DNA of 33,307 nt. It comes from a virus. Lineage: Duplodnaviria > Caudoviricetes. How positions within the stretch are numbered: position 1 is the first letter of the stretch; each line of letters opens with the position of its first letter. The stretch is from the IMG/VR virus record IMGVR_UViG_3300025168_018227, positions 1 to 33,307 of that record. One strand, written 5' to 3'. Both the position numbers and the translations under genes were made by a program. Below the pieces are notes generated by a model, which was not told where the DNA came from, searched no databases, and saw nothing but the letters and a program-made list of their open reading frames with translations. Positions 14,572 to 24,181 of the stretch are shown in pieces.

Positions 14572-16680
14572 CTACTCCCGATCATAAAGGGCGCTGCCTG
14601 CGCGGGTGGCTTTGCGGCGATCGCGTTCCTGGAGGATGCGCTGCACCTGTGCGGCAATTTCTTGAGCGCTCTGCCCGGGAGCGGCGTACACGTTAAATGT
14701 GTACTGATCACCTGCGCCTTGGGTTGCTGACGACGCTTGGGTGGCCACGGGTGGCCGTGAATCAAACTGTATGCCAGCTGCTGCAGGCAGAGTTGCGGCT
14801 CCAATGGCGATGCCGGCACCGGCCCGGCGAACGCGCTTACCAAACCCGCTGACCTGCTTTAGGGTGTTCGGTTCCTGTTTTTTGAGGCCTTGCCGGTAGC
14901 CTTCAAGCGTGTCCTGCCCGGCGCTCATGAAAACACGGGATGGGGACTTAATACCGAGCACGTTTTTGAACCAGCCGATGGTTTCTTTCCCGGCATTGAC
15001 GATGGTGTCCTTGACCTTTTTCAAGCCACCGAGCAGGCCGCCTACCAGGCCATCCATGATCATGGAGCCGAAGCCTGAGAACTTGGCCGGCAGGCCTTTG
15101 AAGAAGTCCATGATGGCGCCCCAGTTCTTGTAGATCAGGTAACCAGCACCGGCAATGGCCATAATGATCAGCCCGATGGGGTTTGCAGTGAGCGCCAAGC
15201 CGATCGCTTTTATACCTGCAGCCACAGCGGGGAGACCGCCTGCCAGCCCAACGATTGCGGAACCTGCCATGAAGATAGCTTTGCCGAATGCCAGAATGGC
15301 CAACACAGGCTTTAGTGCAAAAATGAACGCCAGAATCATGCCCAGGTTATCAAACCCGCCAACCATTGTGGCCAGGTTGCTGGTGATCATGCCCAGGGTT
15401 TTTGCGGTGGAGGCGGCTCCGGTGGCGATGTCCCTCAGTATTGGAATCGCGTTCTTCAGTTTCGTGCCGAAGGTGGAAGCAAAGGCGCTGACCTGATCGC
15501 GGTTCTCGCGCATCCAGGAGGACAGGTCGCCCATCATCTCGGTGACCGCAGGCATCAGTTCAGCGCCTATGGTGTTTTTCATGCCTGCCATGCCGAGCTG
15601 GGCGTCGAGCAAGGCATCTTTGAAGGTTTCTGCGTCGCGTGCTGCACGTTCGCTCAGAACATAGCCGGTGGCCCGCGCATCTTTTCGAAGTGCCTGCAGG
15701 CCCGCGCTGCCGTCTTTCATCATATTGACCATGGCCACGCCTTCCCGGCCAAAGAGCTGTGCAGCAAGCGCTACCCTCTGGGACTGGTTCTCTACGCTGG
15801 CGAGGCGATCAGCCACAATGCCCAGGCTGTCTTCTGGTGTCATTTTAGTGAGCTCATCCGCCGATAGGCCAAGCTCGTCGTATGCCTTCTTCGCGGCCCC
15901 GGTGCCTTGTGTGGCTTCGCCCAGGCGCTTTACGTATCGCTCGAGGCTGGAATCGAACTTCTGTGTGGACACACCGGATCGTTCAGCGGCATAACGCAGT
16001 TCCTGGAACGGGCCCAGGGCGATGCCAATCTTGTCGCCGGTCTTCGCGACTTCATCGCCCAGTGATGCAGTGGAGTTGGCCACGCCAAAGATACCGGCTG
16101 CAGCACCGCCGGTGACGAACAGGGCCCGCCGCCCAAATTTGCCTACTTCACTGTTCATGTTATTGAACTTGCCGCTTACATCGGCCTTGCCAAGCTGCTC
16201 CAGGTACTTCTTTTGGCGCTGGATGCGACTGTTCGCTGTTTTCATCTGATCAGCCATCTTTCGCTCTTCCTCAGCCAGGTTGCGGGTGCTGATACCGGCA
16301 TCTTTCAGGCGTTTACGAACGGCACCCAGCTCTTTTCGCTGTTTCTGGCCTTTGTCGTTGAACTGCTCTACTTCTTTGCGGGCCTTGTTGTATTCGGCTC
16401 GCAACTTGGCTGTGGGCTGTGCAGTAGACTTGAGCTCTTTGCCCAGTTCGCGAACGCGCTGCTGCGAGGCAGACAGGGCAGCGGCGTTGTCTCTCAGGGC
16501 CTTGTCGGCTTTGCGGTAAGAGGATATGTCCTTCTGGGCCCGCTGCAGATTGCGGGTTTCAGCCTGAGCCTGTTTTAAGGCCCGGGCTGTGTTTCCGGAA
16601 GTGGCGTTAATCTTTTTGAGGGGGCCTGTGACTTTGTCACGAGCGGCGAGGATGACCTTCAGGTCGAGGGACTTGGCCAT
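14572..16680 (-). CDS. T: Tail tape measure protein (gpT)
   Basis: 702 aa, helical Ala/Gly-rich; ANPIGL.I.AIAG.GYLIYKNW; LGIKSPSRVF; position between E' and U. Confidence 0.92.
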   Translation of the reverse strand: MAKSLDLKVILAARDKVTGPLKKINATSGNTARALKQAQAETRNLQRAQKDISSYRKADKALRDNAAALSASQQRVRELGKELKSTAQPTAKLRAEYNKARKEVEQFNDKGQKQRKELGAVRKRLKDAGISTRNLAEEERKMADQMKTANSRIQRQKKYLEQLGKADVSGKFNNMNSEVGKFGRRALFVTGGAAAGIFGVANSTASLGDEVAKTGDKIGIALGPFQELRYAAERSGVSTQKFDSSLERYVKRLGEATQGTGAAKKAYDELGLSADELTKMTPEDSLGIVADRLASVENQSQRVALAAQLFGREGVAMVNMMKDGSAGLQALRKDARATGYVLSERAARDAETFKDALLDAQLGMAGMKNTIGAELMPAVTEMMGDLSSWMRENRDQVSAFASTFGTKLKNAIPILRDIATGAASTAKTLGMITSNLATMVGGFDNLGMILAFIFALKPVLAILAFGKAIFMAGSAIVGLAGGLPAVAAGIKAIGLALTANPIGLIIMAIAGAGYLIYKNWGAIMDFFKGLPAKFSGFGSMIMDGLVGGLLGGLKKVKDTIVNAGKETIGWFKNVLGIKSPSRVFMSAGQDTLEGYRQGLKKQEPNTLKQVSGFGKRVRRAGAGIAIGAATLPAAAGIQFDSRPPVATQASSATQGAGDQYTFNVYAAPGQSAQEIAAQVQRILQERDRRKATRAGSALYDRE

Positions 16681-16796
16681 TATTCCTCCGTCTGGCTACG
16701 TTTGCGGGCCCGTTCCCGCCACGCCATGAGTTCGCTGATCGGCATATCGTCCATATCTGCGGGCCGCCAATGGAAGATGGCGGCCACGTCAGCCAT
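16680..16796 (-). CDS. gpE' tail assembly chaperone extension (not in ORF track; made as E+E' by -1 frameshift)
   Basis: MADVAAIFHWRPADMDDMPISELMAWRERARKRSQTEE*; TAATG overlap with T. Confidence 0.88.
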   Translation of the reverse strand: MADVAAIFHWRPADMDDMPISELMAWRERARKRSQTEE

Positions 16797-16819
16797 GGCG
16801 TCTTCAACGCGGCGGGGGA

Positions 16820-17104
16820 TCAGCCCTTGTGCCGCTTCTGTAGCAAAAAACCGGCGATCTCCTTACCAAACTCGGTCAGGTCTGCCGGGTCCATGTTGCG
16901 TACTTCCTGCTCGGAGAGCGTAGGGTTGCTGATACGGGGCACCAGCTTGGTGATGCTGTCCACATCCAGGTTGATGACCTCGGCCAGGCTCAGGCCTCGC
17001 AGCTCGCCAGCCATTGGCTTGCGCAGTGTCACCTTATCGATTTTCTCGCCTTCACGGGCAATGGGCGTATCCAGTGCCACGGTAATGGTTTCAGGTTTGC
17101 TCAT
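16820..17104 (-). CDS. E: P2 gpE-like tail assembly chaperone
   Basis: LDTPI.R....I..VTLRKP.AGELRGLSL...VPRISNPTL..MDPADL. Confidence 0.92.
   Translation of the reverse strand: MSKPETITVALDTPIAREGEKIDKVTLRKPMAGELRGLSLAEVINLDVDSITKLVPRISNPTLSEQEVRNMDPADLTEFGKEIAGFLLQKRHKG
16844..16850 (-). other. Programmed -1 ribosomal frameshift site TTTTTTG in gene E
   Basis: GGT TTT TTG near the end of E; the -1 frame is open (FATEAAQGLIPRRVEDAMADVAA...) into E'; same motif as P2. Confidence 0.85.
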
Positions 17105-17118
17105 GACTCAGGGGTTCC

Positions 17119-17628
17119 TTACAGGCCGATGTTGTTGCGGTGTTCTTTCAGGCGATCGACGCCACGTATCTTCTCGACCATGCCGATCACGTCGATTTCC
17201 ACCACTTCTTCACCGGCGATGGTGAGCTTGTAGTAGCTGACGGTGGTGGTGATGCTCTGGGTGTTGTCGCTGCCAGACTCCGCATCGCCCATGTTGATTT
17301 CGCGGTGACGTCCACGCACAACAATCTCTACCGGCACGGTTTCGGCGGTGTCGTCGCGCTGGTAGCTGCCAGCAAAGCGCAGCATGTCTTTGTCCAGCTG
17401 GCTGGTGCCGAAGTTGTCGAACAGCTCCGGGATCAGACCGGCCGGTGTCCACTGGAACTCCAGCTTCTCCATGCCGTGATCGATGTCGACCGGTGCGTTC
17501 ATGCCACCGCCGCGGAATTCTTCCATCTGGCGTACCAGGGGCGGCAGGGTCAGCGATGCAATTTGGCCTTGCCAGTTGTCACCGTTGCCGAACAGGTTGA
17601 AGTGTTTGAGCTTCTTTGGGAGTGCCAT
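17119..17628 (-). CDS. FII: Major tail tube protein FII
   Basis: MALPKKLKHFNLF; RGGGM; LRFAGSYQRDDT; VRGRHREI. Confidence 0.95.
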   Translation of the reverse strand: MALPKKLKHFNLFGNGDNWQGQIASLTLPPLVRQMEEFRGGGMNAPVDIDHGMEKLEFQWTPAGLIPELFDNFGTSQLDKDMLRFAGSYQRDDTAETVPVEIVVRGRHREINMGDAESGSDNTQSITTTVSYYKLTIAGEEVVEIDVIGMVEKIRGVDRLKEHRNNIGL

Positions 17629-17641
17629 GGGTCAGTGCTCC

Positions 17642-19156
17642 TTATGCGTTCACGCGGCTGGCGAAGTCGACCAGGTACTGGTCTGTGATGCGCTGGCGCA
17701 GCATCAGGTTTTCCAGTGGCGGTACCGGGGTGTAGTCGTAGTCGATGTACAGCTTGCCCGCCTTGAGTGTGTCTTTGGTGTTGATCTCACCATCGAACCA
17801 GGCACGGGCATCGATGATCAGCCCCAGATTCTTCAGTTCACGGAACTTGGCGTTGATCCCTTCGATGATGTCCTTGGCCAATGAGGGGTGCATGGGCTTG
17901 TCTACCGCCCACATGTGCGCCTCGGCGATTGAGTCGGCCAGGATCTGGGCGGTGCGGGTGTAGTTCTCGAACGCGAACAGCGGATCAGAGCTGCAAGTGC
18001 GCGAGCCCCAGAACCGGAAACCGTCACGTTGAATCAGGGTGGTGACATCGTTCGCGTTCAACAAACCGGCATCGGTGTTTGGATCCTGCAGATCCCAATA
18101 GATGTCTTTGTCGATACCAGTGACGCCATTCACGGCAACGTTGGACAGGGTTTTGTGCCAGCCCACGCTTTGGTCGATCTTCGCACGCATACCCATTGCC
18201 CGGGCGACGGCATGGGCAGTGCCAATACTGGCGCTGTTTACGTCGAACGAGGTGAAGTCTGGCCAGATCAGCATCAGCTCACGGGCGCCGAAGCCATCGC
18301 GGTACAGGATCGCATCGGAGATAGTCTGGCTTTCGTGGGCGTAGGCGTAGCAGAAGGCGCGAAGCTTCTGGGCGATGATGACCAGCTCGGCGGTGACGTT
18401 CTCGGTATCTAGACCAGGAACACCCAGAATGCGGGGTTTCACGCCAAGGTTCTGTTCGGCCACCAGAAGCGCCTGCAGGCCGGTCTTCTTGCCCTCGGCG
18501 GTGGTGGTACCAATGATGTTGGCTTCGTTTTCCTGCTCAGTCTCGCCCTCGGCAACGCGGACGATGACCATGACGGGTGATGTCTGGTCGCCGATCGCAT
18601 CCAGGACGCCAGGCAATGTGCCAGTGGTGCCGGCGTTGCCGATGGCTTCGCTGACCGTGGTGACCAGAACAGGCGTGTTCAGCGGGAAGGGCTCGGACTC
18701 GCCACCGGCCAGGCGGGTGAAGTCGATGGCGTTGACGATTCCGGAGCCGTCGTTGCCTGCTTCCAAATCTGCCAACACGAGGGCTGAGGCTTCCGCGCTT
18801 TCGTTCACCGCAGTGATTACCTGGTTCGCGGTGCTGGAAATATCACCCTGGGCATCGGTGGCGAGGGATACGGTGATGTCTTTGCCGCTGACGATCACTG
18901 CAATCACGGAATCTGCCGCGCTTGGATCAACGTAGCGAACTCGAATGCTATTGCTTGCCGTGCCAACGGAGACAGCTGTGTAGATGGCGTCTCCGTTCTC
19001 GGCAATGGACTGAACAACGGCTTCAGCGGCCACGCCGGGCAGGGCGTCTGGGGCTGTCGCTACCAGGCCGATAATGGCGGTTGAGACAGTGCGAATGGTA
19101 CGGGTGCCTTCGTTAATCTCAAGCACCCGAACGCCGTGGTGATATTGATCGGGCAT
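17642..19156 (-). CDS. FI: Tail sheath protein FI with an internal insertion domain; start ATG 19156
   Basis: [15 protein letters not shown]; [11 protein letters not shown]; GWHKTLSNV; [11 protein letters not shown]; AGGAGG RBS. Confidence 0.95.
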   Translation of the reverse strand: MPDQYHHGVRVLEINEGTRTIRTVSTAIIGLVATAPDALPGVAAEAVVQSIAENGDAIYTAVSVGTASNSIRVRYVDPSAADSVIAVIVSGKDITVSLATDAQGDISSTANQVITAVNESAEASALVLADLEAGNDGSGIVNAIDFTRLAGGESEPFPLNTPVLVTTVSEAIGNAGTTGTLPGVLDAIGDQTSPVMVIVRVAEGETEQENEANIIGTTTAEGKKTGLQALLVAEQNLGVKPRILGVPGLDTENVTAELVIIAQKLRAFCYAYAHESQTISDAILYRDGFGARELMLIWPDFTSFDVNSASIGTAHAVARAMGMRAKIDQSVGWHKTLSNVAVNGVTGIDKDIYWDLQDPNTDAGLLNANDVTTLIQRDGFRFWGSRTCSSDPLFAFENYTRTAQILADSIAEAHMWAVDKPMHPSLAKDIIEGINAKFRELKNLGLIIDARAWFDGEINTKDTLKAGKLYIDYDYTPVPPLENLMLRQRITDQYLVDFASRVNA

Positions 19157-19232
19157 GACGCCTCCTGGTCTGGTTTTGCCGGGGTATAGGTGCCATGATG
19201 AACGCTCCGACAGCACATGCTACGCCCGGTAT

Positions 19233-19253
19233 TTGTCTGTATAGCCGTCACAA
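19233..19253 (-). promoter_or_regulatory. Late promoter pF activator site TTGT-N13-ACAA
   Basis: ttgtctgtatagccgtcacaa upstream of FI; same dyad precedes V and O/P; candidate -10 CATCAT at matching distance. Confidence 0.75.
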
Positions 19254-19328
19254 TCGCGGGGTAACACTGGATAATGGCGCGTTAGGGTGTTAGCGCCGAT
19301 TAGGAGGGGTTTGGTAGTGGATTAAGTC

Positions 19329-19352
19329 GGGCCCCGAATAAACCAAGGGCCC
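19329..19352. terminator. GC-rich hairpin after the tail-fibre operon, possible terminator
   Basis: gggccc-N12-gggccc dyad just downstream of the 19366 stop; U-tract weak. Confidence 0.35.
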
Positions 19353-19365
19353 TGTTTCTCAGGTT

Positions 19366-19980
19366 TTACCAGGTAATCACCTCGATAGCCTCCCGATCCG
19401 CCGCCGCAAGCGTAGCACCCACCGCATCCTTCAACTGCCAGGACTTCTCATAGATCGTCTTCACATGCATCAGCGCGGCGTTGGTCATGTCGATGGCCTG
19501 GTTGGGCGTCAGGTGATAGGTGATGTTTGACGCTGCCCGGAAGTCGATGACCGGGTTGGACTCTCCGGCGGCTTTCAGATCGCGGGCTTCTATGGCGATG
19601 GCTAGAAGGTTGGATTTATCCTCCGGGCGAATCTGGATGTGGTCCTGGTTGGGCCCGGGAAACTCGAAGGGGGTGCCTAATGCGAAGGCCTCGTCACGGG
19701 CTCTGTCCAGTTCCCGGCGTTTATCATCGGCCAGCTGCTCTATGCTTTTCGGCTCCGGCTCGATAGGTTCGTGGAACCACTCGCCATCCTGCCACACTGG
19801 CTCTTTGTGGTCGGGGAGCTTTTCCGGCTTCTCGGTCAGGAACATCTGGCCGTCGCGCACCTTGACTAGTTTATCGCCTACCAGAAGCTCGTCCCGGGCC
19901 TGGCTGTATTCCTGTTCTGATATCTCCACGCCACCGGCAAGAGGCGCTTTGCTTATACGGTTGTCTGCTGCATAGGGCAT
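19366..19980 (-). CDS. Tail fibre assembly/chaperone protein (DUF4376-like)
   Basis: Follows tail fibre; KRRELDRARD...FRAASN.TYHLT..Q.I.M...IYEKSWQLKD..IEVITW. Confidence 0.75.
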   Translation of the reverse strand: MPYAADNRISKAPLAGGVEISEQEYSQARDELLVGDKLVKVRDGQMFLTEKPEKLPDHKEPVWQDGEWFHEPIEPEPKSIEQLADDKRRELDRARDEAFALGTPFEFPGPNQDHIQIRPEDKSNLLAIAIEARDLKAAGESNPVIDFRAASNITYHLTPNQAIDMTNAALMHVKTIYEKSWQLKDAVGATLAAADREAIEVITW

Positions 19981-21440
19981 TAGGCAATCCTCATATAGTA
20001 GGTGGCCTGGGCGTGTTTGACGTTGGTGTGGTCGCCAGTGCGGGCGTTGGGGGAGTTTGCGGAATCGAAATCTAGTGTATAGAGAGAATCTTCATTTGAG
20101 CCACTTCCTATGTCACTGCCTGACCCTTGAATTCCCGTGGCAGATAAAGCACCGCTGAATTGATCGTTTGAAAAGTTGTTGCCTGCACTGTAATTGCCAA
20201 TGATGCCTGTGTCGCCCGTAATCTGCTGCATCTGGTCATTAGCAATTGCACCGCTATTTTCACCAGGTGCTAAATATCGTTTCTCGGAGTTGATTAGATT
20301 TACAATTTGACCAGCCATTGGACCAGTCGCAATTTCACCAGTTATTTCAATAAGAGACCCGCTTCCTGTAATGGTTTCATTGGTCAACAACCCCTCATTG
20401 TATTGACCAGAACCGTCCTCTCCCGCACTAAGCTTAATAAACTTCGCAGAAGCGCTATTTTCTGGCTCACTAGATCCGACTAAGTGATCCCATATTGGAA
20501 ACAGCTCGCCAATACCTTTGCCGCTGTATGCAGCGTTTTCCTCAATCCAGGCACCCCACTCCGAATTATATTTACGTATGAATTTTCGAGGATTCGAAAC
20601 ACTACCGCCTGCTATAATGAATCCTTGGCAGGATACATTTGTCGCACCAGACGGATATACCTGAAGATATCCGTTTTCGGCTGTTGGTGTGTTCAGGGCG
20701 TTGACGGTGTAATAAATACCACTCGTGAATAACTCGTCAAGATCACCCTCAAACCGATAACTAGAGCCCGGCATCTTACCAAGGCCAAATTGCTTAAACG
20801 CTTCGTGGACATCAGCTGAATCTGGGAATTTTTCCGCTTCACCCGATTTAGCCTCTGATGTCGTGGCTTTTTCTACTATTCCCGCTTTACTTGTAGTTGC
20901 AATAGAGCCTGTGTGAATTAAGGCCTTTCCCGTTGGTATTCCGTGGACTCCTTCGGTTTCTTCACCGTGTTGTTCTATGGAAGTGTCCGAGTAGGATCGT
21001 GTGGCCAGCACAACAGAAGGATCCACCTTTAGTGTTACCGCCTCTGTTTCAGACACTTCCATCACGAACCGGATGGTCTGGGTGCGGCTGGAGCCTTCGG
21101 CTAGAACCGGCTTGTAGGTTTCCGGGTAATTGCCGTAGCCGATCAGGTCGCCTGCGACGTCGAAGACGCCGATTTCCCGAATTGTCCAGCCCCCCACATC
21201 GGGTGGCAGCACCTGCTCCACCACCACCCAGTTTGGGTTCTCGTCCTCCACCTCGCTCAGATTGATGGGTGCCCGGCGCACTTCGTTGACCAGGGTGGTA
21301 CGTGATGTGTCCGGCACGGGCAGGGCGCCGTTGCCGTCACCCACGGCCAGTTCGGTGATCTCTATGGTCTGGCCCAGGGCGATGGCGTTGGCCAGTTTGG
21401 CCTGACCCACGTCCGTCAGTAGTGTGTAGAAGGTTGGCAT
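19980..21440 (-). CDS. H: Tail fibre protein (gpH-like N-terminus)
   Basis: FYTLLTDVGQAKLANA...MA/LAVGDGNG..GGWTIREIG..N.PETYKPVLAEGS..DPSVVLATR. Confidence 0.92.
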   Translation of the reverse strand: MPTFYTLLTDVGQAKLANAIALGQTIEITELAVGDGNGALPVPDTSRTTLVNEVRRAPINLSEVEDENPNWVVVEQVLPPDVGGWTIREIGVFDVAGDLIGYGNYPETYKPVLAEGSSRTQTIRFVMEVSETEAVTLKVDPSVVLATRSYSDTSIEQHGEETEGVHGIPTGKALIHTGSIATTSKAGIVEKATTSEAKSGEAEKFPDSADVHEAFKQFGLGKMPGSSYRFEGDLDELFTSGIYYTVNALNTPTAENGYLQVYPSGATNVSCQGFIIAGGSVSNPRKFIRKYNSEWGAWIEENAAYSGKGIGELFPIWDHLVGSSEPENSASAKFIKLSAGEDGSGQYNEGLLTNETITGSGSLIEITGEIATGPMAGQIVNLINSEKRYLAPGENSGAIANDQMQQITGDTGIIGNYSAGNNFSNDQFSGALSATGIQGSGSDIGSGSNEDSLYTLDFDSANSPNARTGDHTNVKHAQATYYMRIA

Positions 21441-21448
21441 GCGCGCTC

Positions 21449-22075
21449 CTATAGCGGATAAACCGTTGCTGAGTCGTTGCTGTCGGTGGCCATGCCTACG
21501 TATGTGGCACCGCTCACCGCAATGGTGCCGGGCTGGTAGGGCCAGATGGCGGTGACGTCGCCGTCATAGACCGCGATGCCGGCGAAAAACTTTCCGTAGG
21601 ACTCGCCCGCCAGATCCAGCCCAGTGATGTGTCTGCTGACCGGCTTGGCGTCATCCACCAACCGTTCCAGCTCCAGGTACATTGCCTCGGTGATGCCCTT
21701 GTCCAGCACGCCGATCTTCAGGGCGAAGGTGCCGGGGGTGCCCATCGGGGCTGTTTCCCACCACTCGATGACGTTCAGCAGGTAACCCAGGGGCTCAACC
21801 ACCCGGCGCAGCGCGCTGATGGTTCCCTTTTTCTTGTGGACGTAGAACGATGAGGCGATTACTTCCCGCTTCGCTTCTTCCGTCCAGGTGGGATCCCATC
21901 GGTCAACGCTGAATGCCCAGGCCAGATAAGGCAGCAGGTGTGCAGGGCAGGTATGAGGATTCCATAACTTGCGCAGGGGCACTGGCACGCGCTGTATTTC
22001 GGCGAGAGCTTCAGCCGCTGCGCGTTCAAGCGGTGTGGTGTTGTTGGGTAGTACAGGCTGTTTCTGGTTACTCAT
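21449..22075 (-). CDS. I: P2 gpI-like baseplate/tail protein; start probably 22075
   Basis: LWNP.TCPAHLLPYLAWAFSVDRWD; HKKKGTISALRRVVEPLG; AKPVSRH. Confidence 0.93.
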   Translation of the reverse strand: MSNQKQPVLPNNTTPLERAAAEALAEIQRVPVPLRKLWNPHTCPAHLLPYLAWAFSVDRWDPTWTEEAKREVIASSFYVHKKKGTISALRRVVEPLGYLLNVIEWWETAPMGTPGTFALKIGVLDKGITEAMYLELERLVDDAKPVSRHITGLDLAGESYGKFFAGIAVYDGDVTAIWPYQPGTIAVSGATYVGMATDSNDSATVYPL

Positions 22076-22979
22076 CGCTGCCACCGATCACAACAGCGGA
22101 GGATGTGCAGAAAGCTGCCTCTGTTTCATCGAGCACTACGTCAACTGTCGGCTGCGCCAGTTCTACCCTTTGGACTCCTTCGACATGCAGCGCCGCATGA
22201 ATCGCCGATATGCGAATATCCCGGCCAATTCGGCGCTGAGTGCCGATGTATTTCTGCAGGGAGGCTTGCGCAGCCTGAAGGATCGGCTCTTGTTCCGGGC
22301 CGGGATAAACAAAAAGGGTGGCATCTACCTGGTAATTCACAATCGTTGCCGACTGGACAGTCAGCCGGTCGCCAACTGGACGTGTGTCCTCGTCAGATAG
22401 TGAGGCTTCAACCCGATCTATAACTTCCTGGCTTACTGTGCCATCACCCTCGTTTGCCAACAGCGTAACAACGACCTGGGCGGGTGAAGGGCTTTTAGCC
22501 GTGGCATCCGAAACGCGCCCATCGGCAGACAGTGCTTTGTACTCGTAGGCACCACGGGGCCCCGCCACGCTCAAACCTTCCCAGGCTTGCTGCGCTCGCA
22601 ATCTCAAATCTTCGTCAGATTCCAAGGTGGCCGGTACCGGTGGAAATGCGTCAGGGTTGCCAGGATCAATAACCAGCCTTTCCACATCGTAATTGGCAAC
22701 CAGGTTATCAAGGTCTGCCTGGCTTGCATGGGCCAGCATGACGGCTTTTGCCGCCTCGTTTACGCGCTGCCTCCACTGAATTTCGCGGTAGGCGTTCTCC
22801 TGCAGCAGTTTGGTTAGCGGCTCGCTCTCTATTTGCAGCGTGGCTTCAACGCTGGACCTCTGTTCGTCGCTGACCAATGAGAGCAGGGATTGCTTGCGTT
22901 CCTCGAGGATGGTCTCGAAATCCAAGGTTTCGACAATGCTCGGTGCGGGCAATTGCGCCAGGTTGATCGTACCTGCCAT
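22068..22979 (-). CDS. J: Baseplate assembly protein gpJ
   Basis: INLAQLPAP.IVE.LDFE; ESEPLTKLLQENAYRE; EGLSVAGP.GAYEY; RPVGDRLTVQSA. Confidence 0.95.
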   Translation of the reverse strand: MAGTINLAQLPAPSIVETLDFETILEERKQSLLSLVSDEQRSSVEATLQIESEPLTKLLQENAYREIQWRQRVNEAAKAVMLAHASQADLDNLVANYDVERLVIDPGNPDAFPPVPATLESDEDLRLRAQQAWEGLSVAGPRGAYEYKALSADGRVSDATAKSPSPAQVVVTLLANEGDGTVSQEVIDRVEASLSDEDTRPVGDRLTVQSATIVNYQVDATLFVYPGPEQEPILQAAQASLQKYIGTQRRIGRDIRISAIHAALHVEGVQRVELAQPTVDVVLDETEAAFCTSSAVVIGGSDE

Positions 22980-23341
22980 CAGAATACCCCTCCGTTGCCC
23001 AAAGAGACGTTGATGCGATCAGATGTTTGCCTGGCGCCATTAACGAGCACAACATCCATTTCCAGCAAAGCCGTTCCGGGCTTTTCAGAATTTATCAGGT
23101 TGACGATGCGCTCCAGCCTAATACGCGGCTCCCACTCGTTGATGGCCACGACCACCGCAGAATAGGCGCGCAGGAGGTTGGCGCCATTCAGCGGCTGATC
23201 GATGAGCGAAGGAAGCAGGGAGCCGTATTCGCGGCGCATCACACGGCTGCCAATGGGCGTTGTGAGAATGTCGGCAACGCTCTGCTTGATGTGATCCATA
23301 CCGCTTATTGATTCGCCTGTTGCGACGTTCATCCCGGTCAT
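22979..23341 (-). CDS. W: Baseplate protein gpW (gp25-like)
   Basis: HIKQSVADILTTPIGSRVMRREYGSLL..LIDQP; WEPRI. Confidence 0.95.
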   Translation of the reverse strand: MTGMNVATGESISGMDHIKQSVADILTTPIGSRVMRREYGSLLPSLIDQPLNGANLLRAYSAVVVAINEWEPRIRLERIVNLINSEKPGTALLEMDVVLVNGARQTSDRINVSLGNGGVF

Positions 23342-23348
23342 TTCTGCC

Positions 23349-23546
23349 TCACGTTATTGGCCATGTGCCGGCGCTTGATCCGCTGGCAACATTGGCGTTA
23401 GCGTTCGCTTGAACTTCATCCACAACGGCATTGGCGATAGCTTCAGCCATTCTCTCTACCCAGCTGTGCGGCCCGGCAGGCTGTGCGCCTATGGCAACCA
23501 TTTCGGCGATGATTCGACCCTTGAGAGAATCTTTGCTTAGAGCCAT
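23349..23546 (-). CDS. Small hypothetical protein between V and W
   Basis: 65-aa ORF packed 1 nt after the V stop and 7 nt before W. Confidence 0.65.
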   Translation of the reverse strand: MALSKDSLKGRIIAEMVAIGAQPAGPHSWVERMAEAIANAVVDEVQANANANVASGSSAGTWPIT

Positions 23547-23547
23547 A

Positions 23548-24108
23548 TCACTTACCTGCCGATACGGTTTTAGAACCGTCAGAGTGCGGGGTACCGGTGA
23601 AATGGCAGATGTGGGCAGTGGTCACCACGGGCGCGCCATCATTTAGGAGTACTTTCAGCGCATTAACCTTGCAGGTACCCGCAACGGCGGTCGTCGCATT
23701 GCCACCGATGTTTACGGTCGCGTTGCCGGTGATGTTCACATTCACCTTGCCTACCAAACTTGCGACCAGCTCTTTTTTGGCGTGGTCATAGGTAATCTCG
23801 CTGCCGTCTGGATACACACGCTTGTGCTCGTCTGCGCTTGTCGACGGGGCGTTCTGGCAAAACAGACCGGTGATAATGATGGCTTGAGCCAAATCGCCGG
23901 ACGGTGAGATGAGAACGACCTGCTCTCCCACAGTTGGTGGATCCCAGTCGACGGTTGTCCCGGCACGCATGGTCATCCAGGGCTGCCAGCCAGTGAGGTT
24001 GTCGCCAGCTTTCACACGGGCCCGGGCACGGGAATGATCCACCTCGGAGACGGTACCGATTCGGATCAGGTTGTTTATCAAGCGGAAGGCTTCAGCAAGC
24101 GTATTCAT
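23548..24108 (-). CDS. V: Baseplate spike protein gpV
   Basis: RLINNLIRIGTV; W...RAG....W.PPTVGEQV...SPSGDL; YPDG..I.YD; beta-helix repeats. Confidence 0.93.
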   Translation of the reverse strand: MNTLAEAFRLINNLIRIGTVSEVDHSRARARVKAGDNLTGWQPWMTMRAGTTVDWDPPTVGEQVVLISPSGDLAQAIIITGLFCQNAPSTSADEHKRVYPDGSEITYDHAKKELVASLVGKVNVNITGNATVNIGGNATTAVAGTCKVNALKVLLNDGAPVVTTAHICHFTGTPHSDGSKTVSAGK

Positions 24109-24154
24109 GGTGCCAGTTTGTGCGGGAGTGCTCGCGTACGTGAAGGCGGGGCAG

Positions 24155-24175
24155 TTGTCTGCGAGTGCGTTACAA
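24155..24175 (-). promoter_or_regulatory. Late promoter pV activator site TTGT-N13-ACAA
   Basis: ttgtctgcgagtgcgttacaa centred 57 nt upstream of the V ATG; candidate -10 CAAACT 6 nt before ATG. Confidence 0.75.
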
Positions 24176-24181
24176 AATCCG

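Noticed and set aside
19157-19216. Upstream GTG start of the sheath gene
   Set aside because: Lies across the predicted pF promoter; ATG 19156 has an AGGAGG RBS and matches the FI N-terminus
19980-21440. Tail-fibre inversion system or diversity-generating retroelement
   Set aside because: No invertase, reverse transcriptase, inverted fibre copy or template/variable repeat pair seen
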